Under the pieces are notes generated by a model. That model ran no database searches. It worked only from the letters and a program-made list of their open reading frames with translations, and had not been told where the DNA came from. From assembly GCF_000181795.1 (NCBI RefSeq), contig NW_003526943.1, positions 11,109,759-11,147,102 of the forward strand: a stretch of 37,344 bases of DNA. The letters run 5' to 3'. The position numbers were made by a program, and so were the translations under genes. Source of the stretch: Trichinella spiralis (taxonomy: Eukaryota). Of the stretch, positions 26,140 through 36,637 are shown one piece after another (position 1 is the first letter of the stretch; each line of letters opens with the position of its first letter).

Positions 26140-26400
26140 TGGTTGGCTTTTATTGGTGAAACGGCCACCGTCATCCGCGGTGCGCTTTTTCATTTGCGGA
26201 GTTGTTGAACGATGGGAAAGTAGAGATGCATTCACGCGATTGCGTCACTGGAGCTTCCTAGGAGTTTACACCAAATATGACGTCAGACGTCTAGGCGTTG
26301 ACGACTCTGGTAGCAGGGGCGGTGGCTGCGGCGGCGGTGGTGGCCCCGAGTGGCGCATTTAATCGCGTTTGACGATTGGCTCGACACGTCACTCGGCCAA
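26140..26400 (-). promoter_or_regulatory. Putative proximal promoter of the NR4A gene with a CRE/AP-1-like cluster
   Basis: Local GC-rich island containing TGACGTCA (26278-26285), TGCGTCA (26241-26247), CACGTCA (26385-26391), a CCAAT box (ATTGG 26375-26379) and a TATA-like AATAAAAG on the - strand (26154-26147), about 200 nt upstream of the ATG. Confidence 0.6.
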
Positions 26401-27929
26401 CCTCATCAATTATGATCAATAGTGAACTGCACACACAAGCATGCACACTGCTCACTTCGACCTCTTATCCGGGCAAGTAAATATGCAAAAATATTATCCC
26501 AATTTTTTTATTCAACAATATTTCACATTTATTTGAATATTATTCCTCTCCAAGTGATTCTATTCAATCCACACCTTCCCATTCTCTCAGATTGCCTTTT
26601 CACCATTACACGCATTTTATTTTTTTTTGTTCACTTCTACTTCAGTTTGTTGTTTCCAATTAAAAATCATCTCATCAACATTGGATTCATTTTTCTTCAC
26701 GCACAACACAACTTTACGTGACACTTGACAACCGCGTCACAGACGCTGGTCGATTTTATTATTGTTTCATCTGATAGGAATAATTAAAATTTAAAATCAA
26801 CCGATCAAATCATAGAAATTGAAAAAAAAACATCCACCAACCACAAACAAACAAATAAACAACAATTTTTTTTGCATACTGTAGATCAATAGGGGTACAT
26901 GCATTTCGCGGTGATGAATTCGTCAAAAATTAAGCAAACAATACATGTATTTATTTATAGGGAGTTTCTTAAAAAAAGAATATTTTTGTAAATAACAATA
27001 TTTGAAAAAAATTGCCAACATTTTTCAACGTTATTTATTATTGATTGATTGATTGATTGAAAGCGAACTTGAAAACGCACGCAGACACGCAATTGCATTG
27101 TATTGTGTATTCCTATTTTATTTTTTTCAAACATTAAAATGCAAAAATTAGCTATACACCCACACGGGCATAGCATAAATGGAATTTATTATTATTATTA
27201 TTATGTTTTTTTTTGAAAAGTTCAAAAATGTAAATTTTTGAAAAAATCTACTTTTCACTAACCACCGCCCTCGCATTTGTTTTTTATTTTGGGACAGAAA
27301 ATATTGCCGGCTAATTTTGGCCACTGATGAGCGAAAATAGAACAAGCAGCTTTCAACTGAATAGTGTGGCATTTTAATTGTATTTTTTTGCGCATGCGAC
27401 TAAGAGAAAATACCGCAGCTTTAAAATTTTATCCCAAAAATAGAAATACCATTAGTTGTTTATTTGTTTTGCTTTTCATTTAATAATTTAATAAGTAAAG
27501 AGAAATTTGTTGTTGAGCAAATAAATTGCGCTTGTAGAAAATTGTGCAGTTCAACAACAATTTTCGTAACACGTCTGCATATTTGAAATTAATTAACTGC
27601 CCACGCCAACAGAAGTACAAAAATAACACTTTCAGTTTAACATCAAAATACAACGGTTCTTGTTTTGTACATTGAGAAATTGAATTTACAAAAACAACAT
27701 CAACATATATGAATATATATATATAAAGAAAAACAAATTTAAATGCAAATCACAATTACTGACGTTATTCATTGGATAAAATGAAATCTTTATTGAAATA
27801 TGAAAAAACAAAACTACGTGCAATGTGAACAATAAGAAGAGAAAAGCAACAACATCATAATTATCAATAAAATATTAAAATAAAAAAATGGAGAAAAAAA
27901 ATCGACGAGAATGTTGTGGAAATTTAAAT

Positions 27930-28100
27930 CAGTTGATGATGTCATTTCAGTGCGACCCATCTTGCGGTCGATGCCATTGTTGACGTCATTTGAAATGGCT
28001 GAATGCAACGAAAGCTGAATATTGAAGAGACGTTTGACGAACGATCGACGATGCTTCAGAGCTCAAATGGCGTCAAAAGGTAGCCGGACAATTGCCACCA
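27930..28100. promoter_or_regulatory. Candidate distal enhancer with a perfect CRE
   Basis: CpG-richer patch with TGACGTCA at 27981-27988, lying in gene-free DNA about 2 kb upstream of the NR4A ATG. Confidence 0.35.
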
Positions 28101-31100
28101 ATAAAACAGCGATCAAAAAAGCACAAATGCACCCTGCCCCTAACAATTCCTCGATTCAAAACACCATTTTTGACCATATTACGGCGACAGTGTATTTTAT
28201 TTTTTATTAATTAATAAATTGATAAATAATAATTTATGTTTTTTATCACAATATTTATTCATTTTTTAATGAATAAATATGTCAACTGAAAAACATTTGA
28301 ACTTGCTTTTCAATTGACTTTTTTCAACTTTTTGAATTACAAAAATTGCTCATTCATCATTGTTTATCTCTCTTCTTTTCACGTCCTGTGCCATGTGATA
28401 AAGGTAAACACTTTTTTGAACATACAGACTGAAATTTTCAAAAATTTCTCTCCTTTTCATAAAAGAAAAGAAATTCATACGCCCAAGTATACAGTAATCA
28501 TTATGCTCATAAAGTGGTAATAAAATCAGTTTCGATAATTCAGTTTAATTGTTTTTATTTTTCATCCATAAATGCACTTTTAAATTGCAATGATATTTAA
28601 ATATTATTTGATTCGATAAAAATTATTTAAATGTTCCACATTTATTTTCCCAGTGATACTTTTTAGCTACAACAATAGCATCCATTAAGAAGAAACTTCG
28701 TTTAAACGCATTGAAACAGGAAGCGAAATTATTTATTTTTAAAATATAATGATTATTCATTATGAACATTAAAACTGTAAATATATCAAACACAAGAACA
28801 GCAACAACATTGCCAATCAGAAATGTTTTCCATCAATTTCTATAAATATGTAATTGAATGTGAAACGCCAACGCTTACAGTGAGCTTTAGATCAAATATT
28901 GCAAATAAATGATTTTTCAATATTGTTTAAACTGACCTGTGAAAATGCAACCTTCACTTATTTCACCTTAACTTATGATCGACTAATGAATTATTAGTAT
29001 TATTATTACACTCGATCAGGTCAGATCACGTCAATCGGTTTTTCTTTACTACTCAACCGTTGTAATTTTTACATTTTATAAAGAAATTATCATCCATTAA
29101 TAACAATAATATTAAATAACTATGAGATATTATTAAATTTCTATTTCTGCTTACAAATAAATCATGTTTTTTAATTCTTTCAGAATTTTATTATTATAAA
29201 ATCTACATAAAATGAAAAGTTGAATCGAGTAAAAAATTTATTTATAGCATGTTTTTCATACATTCATAAATTAAACAAAAAAGAATTAATTATATGAAAC
29301 ATGTTCCAAAATTCATATAATAATAAAATTTGAATACTAATTATTATCGAAATTTTATTCGACTATTTCATATTGTTTAAATTTATTAAATTGCATGTAT
29401 TTTTTAAAACAGTTTTCCTAATCACAAACTGCGATGATATTCATTGATTAAAAATGTTACATTCTTCAAAGTTTTTCTTCTGTGTCAGTGTTCATTGTAT
29501 TGCGTGATTAATACTTATAAATTGAATGGAAATGAAAATTTCAAACAAACCATAATACTCATATAATAATAAAAATAATACATTGCGTATAATAAAACCG
29601 TATTTTCCATTTCAATAAGATTATTAATATTAATATAATCAATTTTGATGATTATTTATAAATTGACAATTGTGAAACTTTTTGTAAATAAATTACATAA
29701 ATTTAAAAATGTAAATGTTTTCAAAATTTTAATTTTCAAAACTAAAGTTATGCCAAATGGTTTTATCAGGTTTTTAATCAAAAAATAAAGTTGAAATTAA
29801 TTTTGTTGTGAACGGTTGTTTTTTTTTGCACAGAAACAAACAGGCAGTTTTGCTTGTGATTGTAATTTTGCGATCAAAAAAGTTCACATTATCCAAAGCA
29901 TGGACGTTTAATTAACTTGCTCGAGTTACCAGCATGGCTTTTTCAACTTCTTGCTAACGTCGATCAACCGCTGAATAATAACATTTCTTTAATTACTGAG
30001 AAAAAAATATTTATAATTATATACTGGGAATTTCTTCATTCATTGTAATTTTATCGAAATATTCAGATCGAAATTTTCAAATAAAATATAAACACAAAGA
30101 ATAAAGAAGATGACAACAAATAAACATTAAAAATGCATCCATCAAGGTATTTCAATATTTAATATTTTCAGTCATGAAATATGCCAAAAAATTCTCTCGT
30201 AATGGAGAATTTGTATCACTGAACAGGGTGCAATTTCTTTTCAAACGTTTATTTTTCATTTGCATATTTAATATCGCATTCTCGTTCTTCTGTGAAATGA
30301 GCATTCAAATCAAGCGTTGAAAAAGCGTTCTTTTTTTTGCATAACCAGCAAGGCCAGAATTGGAATTCAAGATACATTTTTGTATTGTAACAGATGAACG
30401 GTATGCTAGATATGTGCTAATGATAAGATTCAAAAATATGGAAAAAAAAGATTTTTTCACATTAACTCACGTAACTGCTGCATCTTGACTTCAAAAAGTT
30501 AGACGGTAAATATTAAGTGCACATTAAACAAGTTATCCAGCGTGCTTGAATAATAAAATTAAATGCAAAAGCTTACTCACTTGAAAAGATGATTGAACAT
30601 AACAATAATTTTTCAAAACAGCTAAACTGGATTTGATAAAATTGATGATATGATAAACAGATTCACTGAAAATTAATTGCATGGAATTTCATAAAAACAA
30701 CAATATTTATTTGCAGCTAAAAATATTTTCGACAACAAAACATCAGCAATTATATATTTTGCACTTATTTGTTAAAGTAATTCGTTTTCAGATATGATTG
30801 TAAACAGCAATACAATCGCAGATAATTTATATTAAATAAATATTTAATTTTCATAGCAGTTCAAATTTCGAATTGGTCCGCATGACAGAAGTAAAATTCA
30901 TTTTCCAATCTTTGAACGACAGTTGATTTCAAAACAATTTATATTTTACACACTACAACATGAACAATAATAACTTCACATAATATAATTTATTACCAGT
31001 ACAAGCAGCATGGTCAGTTTTCACTTGAAAACATAAACGAAGCTTATTCGTACACTGTCCATATTGCAAAATATCAAACTGTATCAATAAAAGCAAAATA

Positions 31101-32114
31101 AAATACAAATATTTTATTGGAAGAATTAAAATATAATATTACACAAACAGTAGCAGCAGTATTACTGTACTTGCACAGCGGGAGGTGGTATGCACAATAC
31201 CGAGTAAAAATGTTGTTCCCAGTCTTATGTATAAAATTTATTAATATACTGATTTTCGACGCTACTGCACACCACTTTCACTGTCCGAAAGATAACACTC
31301 ATTATATCGAGATCTAGATATATATACATTGAGAAACATCAATGCACCAGTACTAATATCCATTATCACTGATGCAACATTCGAAAATATTCCTGTAACC
31401 ATTTTTGTAAAATAGAAACAATACGCCTTCCAACAATAACCCATAAAATCAATGAAAGCTTCATTGACATGCAAAAATGAGCGCGCGACCCAGAAAGCCT
31501 GTGCATACATCGAAACAAAGAAACTGCCCCATCTCCTGATCGAAGAGCAATTTACAACAGATACATTATTAGAACAGTTGAAATTAGCAAACCCGTCCGT
31601 TACAGTTATACCTTTTTAAATATTTATTATACTTCGATATGTTGTGATTTCATACTTTGTGCTACTGCTAAATAAAAAAAACAACGAAAACAAACATTTG
31701 TTTACAAGTTATTTTAACAAACAAAAGTTTTTTACTAGATTTTCGAGAATAATGAAATAAATAAACAAAATGAAACTGTAATACGATTGTACTTCGCCTT
31801 AATGAAACTTAAATAATTCAACAATTTTACTTAGATTCAATTTCATGAATTACTTCAATGTCGACACTGATCAATCAGAAACAAAATAATCATTCAAATA
31901 CTCTGACCGACGAGAATTAGAAGCTGGGAGTTTGTTGTTAAAATAAAATCAGACGATAACAGTTTAGTAGCACTCATTAAAAATTACGTATGGCAAGCAA
32001 AATTGAAATCTCAGCTCATTACCTTCAAAAACAAACAACATAGAAAACAGTGCAATAAAAATTTACTTTCACTTCTATGACATGACTTTAAAGTTTACAG
32101 AATTTCAAATGAAA

Positions 32115-32469
32115 TCAGCGTGCATCGAATACCATATCTGCAAGAAAAATAAATACTGAACAAACAGCTTAGAAAGCTACTCATTTTACCTTGTCGAGTT
32201 CTTTTTTTGTATAAAATACGATATCCGCATTCACGACATCGAATCGGATCTCTTGCACGAATTTCATTAGGGAACTGACAATCTGTAAGTTATAAACAAT
32301 ACAACTTGTACAACCAGGATTAAATCTTCGAAAGAAAATAAAATAAAAATGCAACTTAATCTTAAAAACAAATACAGTCGTACATACCTCCACACACGTA
32401 TATCATGCCTCTCGTTTGTGTGGTAGCCGGTGTAGTAGTCGGATTAGTGGACGTTTGAGGATTGCTCAT
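32115..32469 (-). CDS. POLR2K: DNA-directed RNA polymerases I/II/III shared subunit RPABC4 (Rpb12), 65 aa, 3 exons
   Basis: join(32469-32388, 32282-32190, 32137-32115) translates to [65 protein letters not shown]. This has the Zn-ribbon CxxC...CxxC and the C-terminal VFDAR signature of Rpb12. Missed by the ORF track. Confidence 0.97.
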
Positions 32470-33121
32470 CTTAAAGCTTCAAATCTAAGATAAAAATCCT
32501 ATTAATTACACATATATAAAAGTCATAATTATAATTTGGTTAGAAAATTCGTAATTCAGCAACAAACTAAATACATTAAACCTTTCACTGTTCTTATCTT
32601 AAGCATCACACAAACTGGCGTTATTTATAACCCTGTGACTGCATGAACTAATAATAATTTATAAAAAGAAATAATGAACTCTGGCAAACTTAAATGGTAT
32701 GTTTCATTAAAAATCATGCTAAGTACATGATAGCAAAACAAGCTCAATACATAAAACAAATAGAAGAATACTTTAAGATTACAACATCTACAATAAAATA
32801 ATACTGTAAGTGATTTGCAAGATTGACATCATTACCAATTAAATTTTAAAAAACCTATCACATAAGGTTGAAAATATATTGCTAAATTGTTTAACATATG
32901 ATACACATACAAATTAAAAAATAAATATCATTAATAGAGCATACTGTATAACAAACTTAATTTTCCATAACAGTTTTTTATTAGAAATCACGCAACATAT
33001 TACGCATACATTTATATATTTAATATAAGCGTAAATAAATAAAAATAAGAAAATACATATTTGCTAACTTTTAAAACATTCAAAAATATACTTCAGCATT
33101 AACAGCACTAAAACATGTAAC

Positions 33122-33199
33122 ACTACATTATTAAACATCCTTACTTTAACCCAACATTAATACTACATTATTAGACATACTTACTACCAACCAAACATT
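33122..33199. repeat. Two-copy ~40-bp tandem duplication
   Basis: ACTACATTATTAAACATCCTTACTTTAACCCAACATT versus ACTACATTATTAGACATACTTACTACCAACCAAACATT. Confidence 0.8.
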
Positions 33200-33231
33200 G
33201 TTAAATAATTGCAACACACTTAAGATTTTAA

Positions 33232-33361
33232 CCGGAGCGCCAAGTTTTAAACTCAACTGCTCCTTCACAAAAAATTATGCTTAAGAGATCTCTTGATAGC
33301 GATCTTCATTAAACAATAATTTAATGTCTGTTACATAAAGTAAGCAGCTTAAGCCCTTTCA
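33232..33361 (-). ncRNA. RNU11: U11 minor-spliceosomal snRNA
   Basis: The - strand reads GAAAGGGCTTAAG CTGCTTACTTTATGTAACAG A CATTAAATTATTGTTTAATG AAGATCGCTATCAAGAGATCT CTTAAGC ATAATTTTTTG TGAA GGAGCAGTTGAGTTTAAAACTTGGCGCTCC. It shows the 5' AAAGGG splice-site-pairing tract, stem GCTTAAG/CTTAAGC closing three hairpins, the conserved ATCAAGA loop, the Sm site AATTTTTTG (33276-33268) and a 3' terminal hairpin. This matches vertebrate U11 (…AUCAAGAGAUUUCGGAAGCAUAAUUUUUUG). Confidence 0.93.
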
Positions 33362-34568
33362 AATTAATATGCCGCTACTTCAGCAGAAAGCAAAAATAAA
33401 ATTAATGCAATGTATTGGGTTTTACAAAAAGCAAACGTTTAAACATCATAATGCAAATTGTCAGCTTATTGCATTATTTCATTTAGGAGACAACAAGCAA
33501 TGATTTTCCATGCAGAAAAGAAAAATTTGTTGATTATTTCCTGTCAAAATTTAAAAGAAAAGCAATCAAAGGTTTTACATAAAATAAAAATAAACGTTAA
33601 CAATAAAAGAAAACAAGAAATAGCACAAAAGTTGTGCTAACCCAAGGTTCGTTAACGCGTTGTTCCGCTTAACCCGCGGTTTGTTAAGCAGCTGCTATTT
33701 TTGAAAAACTGCAGTGTGTAGGCGTAAGAAAATGTCATACCTACTCGTCTGTTTCTGACGCATACAGTACACTTGGTTTGTTTCACTGTTTTGAATCAAC
33801 AAACAAAACACCCTTGTTACAAATAACTGATTGACTTCCAAAGAACTAGATTTGTATCGCAAGTTTTGATTCTTCCCACATTAGTAAACAGACGAATATT
33901 CTATATGTGGAACAATGTACAGAATTGCGTAGAACATACTTGTCAGTTATGTAAATGTAAATGGTGAATATTGTTTTCAAAAGACAAAAGTAGGAAAGTC
34001 AATTTAAAGACCATAGGAGGATTAAAAAGCGTTAAAGCAATATGCAAGCCATGATACGTTGCCTGTCACTTCTGCATCAGTTAATTATGATAAACACAAT
34101 TTCCATTAATTCTTGAACTGTACTTGTAGTGTGTGTAGTAAAGGAGATTACAGAAACGGGACAAGAATCGCAATGAGCTGCAGAACATTGTATAACATAT
34201 TGTTTTTATCAACTGTTGTGCTCTGCAGAGGAATAAAACCGTTGATTCTTCAACACGCTCAAACGTGAATCAATAAAACGGTAATAAGAGACTGACATAA
34301 AAATAAACATGAGCTTTTACTATCAACATAATTTGCTCATCATACACAACACACACTGTCTGTTTAACAAAATTTAAGAGATGTGATTATTTGCATGACG
34401 TTATTTTAAAAATGAATCAGTAGGTTCAAGGAAAGCAGTTTAAAAAGCGAAAACTGCAACTTAACATTTTCGGTTTAAAATGAACTCTAAAATATGAATC
34501 ATAATTTTAAAGACAAAAATGTTTTATAATTATACATAAAGAAGGGCACAACGGAAAACTACTTGCTT

Positions 34569-34743
34569 ATTGGTTGCTGCTCTGACGCGTGCCTGTAAAT
34601 TTCATTTGTTGTCACTCCTTTGCATTTTATTTGTCAAATATTATTTCATTCTATTTATCAAATTTTATTTTATTATATTTGTTAAATTTCATTTCATTTT
34701 ATTTGTTAAATTTTATTTCATTTTATTTGTCAAATTTTATTTC
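34569..34743 (+). repeat. Dispersed repeat copy 2 with five 24-bp minisatellite units (consensus ATTTTATTTGTCAAATTTTATTTC)
   Basis: Units span 34624-34743. The unique head 34569-34623 is shared with 12622-12676 in inverted orientation. It lies about 0.5 kb 3' of the MULE transposase stop. Confidence 0.9.
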
Positions 34744-35254
34744 TACCTTTTGACTGTTTTATAATAATTCTGTTGTTCTCAGATTGAGGAAAGTAAGATA
34801 ATGAAATTTCGATGAAAAAATAAAAATACAATACAATACAGACTGGAGCAAAATGGCGTTTTTTATATTGTATTAATGTAAATATCACCTATGGAAGAAT
34901 TTGGCAATACTTTTGTTTCCATATTCATTGCAATGTGATGAATTTTACATACCAAATTACATTTTACATTTTACATATAGTTAAATGCGTAGGTCATGGT
35001 TTTATTTATTTGAGAAGACATTAATCAAACTATTTTTACATAGCACGGAATCTCCTGATCTATCGTACTTATACCGCTTTATTCAGCATTACAAAGTATA
35101 ACATAGTATAATACGAAACAACAGTATAACATAATATAATACAATACAAACGAACAATATAATAAAACAAAACATCATACAATAGAAAAGCAATAAAAAA
35201 CTGTACAGGAGTAAATAAAAATAAACAATGCAGTTGTACAGGAAAAGCTGGCAC

Positions 35255-36637
35255 TCAGTAATTATCCGCCTCGGGTACTAGGTACGCCACAGCTCTTAAA
35301 AACTGCTCCAGTGTACGCGTACCGCTGTTATGCGTTGCTGCAGTTCTTCATATTTCTTATTTTTTATCTGTAAATCACTGGCGGTAACGCGTCCTGATGT
35401 CACTTGTTGAATCAACGTTTCCGTTGATCCCTGCTCATCGATCAGCAACTGGAGCAGTTCATAAAAGCCGAGATGTCGCTTCCCCGCAAGTCGGTTCATT
35501 TTGAAGTGCCAGCCTTCCAAATCATTGCTCGTATGAATATATACATTATATACATTCCACATCGGCAGTCTGTCAGGCGGCATCCATTCCACTCGGAAGT
35601 AATTGAACAAGGCTGCTATTGAACCCGTAGCATCTCTGCCAAGCAGCTCCACGGCAACAAATACATCATGAGGCGGCAAAAAAGCCGTTGCCAGCAACAT
35701 TTTGACTTTTTTCTTCGTTGCCGCTTCGTTCGCATCCCAAGATCCGTCACCTTCCGCAGTATGTGGATCCCCGGAAATGTCCCCTGCAGTGCAGGGATCA
35801 GGGCAGTCTCAAAATCGCAAATTACTGTTTGCGACTGAAGGACCACCCCCAACGCTGCCGCCTTTAAAATTAAATGATCGAAAATTTCACGATACGTGGA
35901 GAGATCTTTATGGACGGTTAAACAATAAACAAGTGGCACTAATTTATCCGCAATAAAAACATGTATGGTGAACATCTGGTGGTACCATTCTGGAACTATT
36001 TTGAAAGTTCCATCCATGGACCAGACAGAATGTTCAGATAAAACAGATAAATTTTCTTCTGTGCAGAATATTAAAATTGAATTATATACATTGTACAATA
36101 AAAAACGGCGATCAGACTTCGTTATTCGCCACTGGGGTGGAATCTCCAGCTGCTGGCGAGTTGGTGGAAGTTTTGAAAATTTTTGTGCCCGTTTTCTGTG
36201 CATTGCCGTTTTAATACTTTTATACGTTGGAAACTGACCAGCAGTTTCCAAATCAGCAGATGCACTGCTTGCTTCTTCGTGGTATATCTGCGGGACGGTC
36301 TTCATTTACTCCGCTGCTCTTCGCTTGAGAGCATTTTTTTCTTCATTTTATAAAGGATGTCATTGCCAGGGGTGCAATCATCTGCATGAGGATTACAATC
36401 CAAGACTGCGTCAACATCCGAGTTCGTGTAGATTGAACCTCGGCATCCTTTTTTAACCTACATGATGAACTTGAAATGAATGAACAGAAATGAGATATTA
36501 GATAAAGTATTAATTACCTGACGGCAAACCCACTGTTTATCTTGCATGTTCGTATGTTTCAAATTGTAAACTCTTCCTTCATGTACTAAATTGCAATTAC
36601 CTCTTTCATTTAAAACCAAATGCAAATTTTCAGCCAT
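35255..36637 (-). pseudogene. Decayed Mutator-like (MULE) DDE transposase with N-terminal FLYWCH-type zinc finger
   Basis: MAENLHLVLNERGNCNLVHEGRVYNLK...KQWVCRQ, then intron 36517-36458, then VKKGCRGSIYT...NPH (FLYWCH-like). MULE core motifs: WSMDGTFKIVP, VICDFETAL and TSNDLEGWH, ending TLEQFLRAVAYL...DNY*. Disrupted by a frameshift near 36340, an in-frame TAA at 36308-36306, loss of the CxFH segment near 35760 and further frameshifts. Confidence 0.9.

Noticed and set aside
21228..28520. Short low-complexity ORFs in NR4A intron 1 and upstream
   Set aside because: F/I/L/K/N-rich translations typical of AT-rich non-coding DNA, with no supported exon chains apart from the exon at 25938-25713.
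33637..33643. CTAACCC as a telomerase template
   Set aside because: Only 7 nt, which is less than about 1.5 repeats, and no other telomerase RNA features were seen.
33640..33780. U12 or U4atac snRNA identity for the hairpin element (has an Sm-like site and CCTACT)
   Set aside because: It lacks the U12 5' motifs (UGCCUUAAAC...GUAAGGAAAA) and the U4atac kink-turn region. Kept only as an unknown structured candidate.
34624..34743. CRISPR-like array or coding ORF 34570-34764
   Set aside because: The 24-bp units are head-to-tail with no spacers, in eukaryotic DNA. The ORF is just a translation of the minisatellite.
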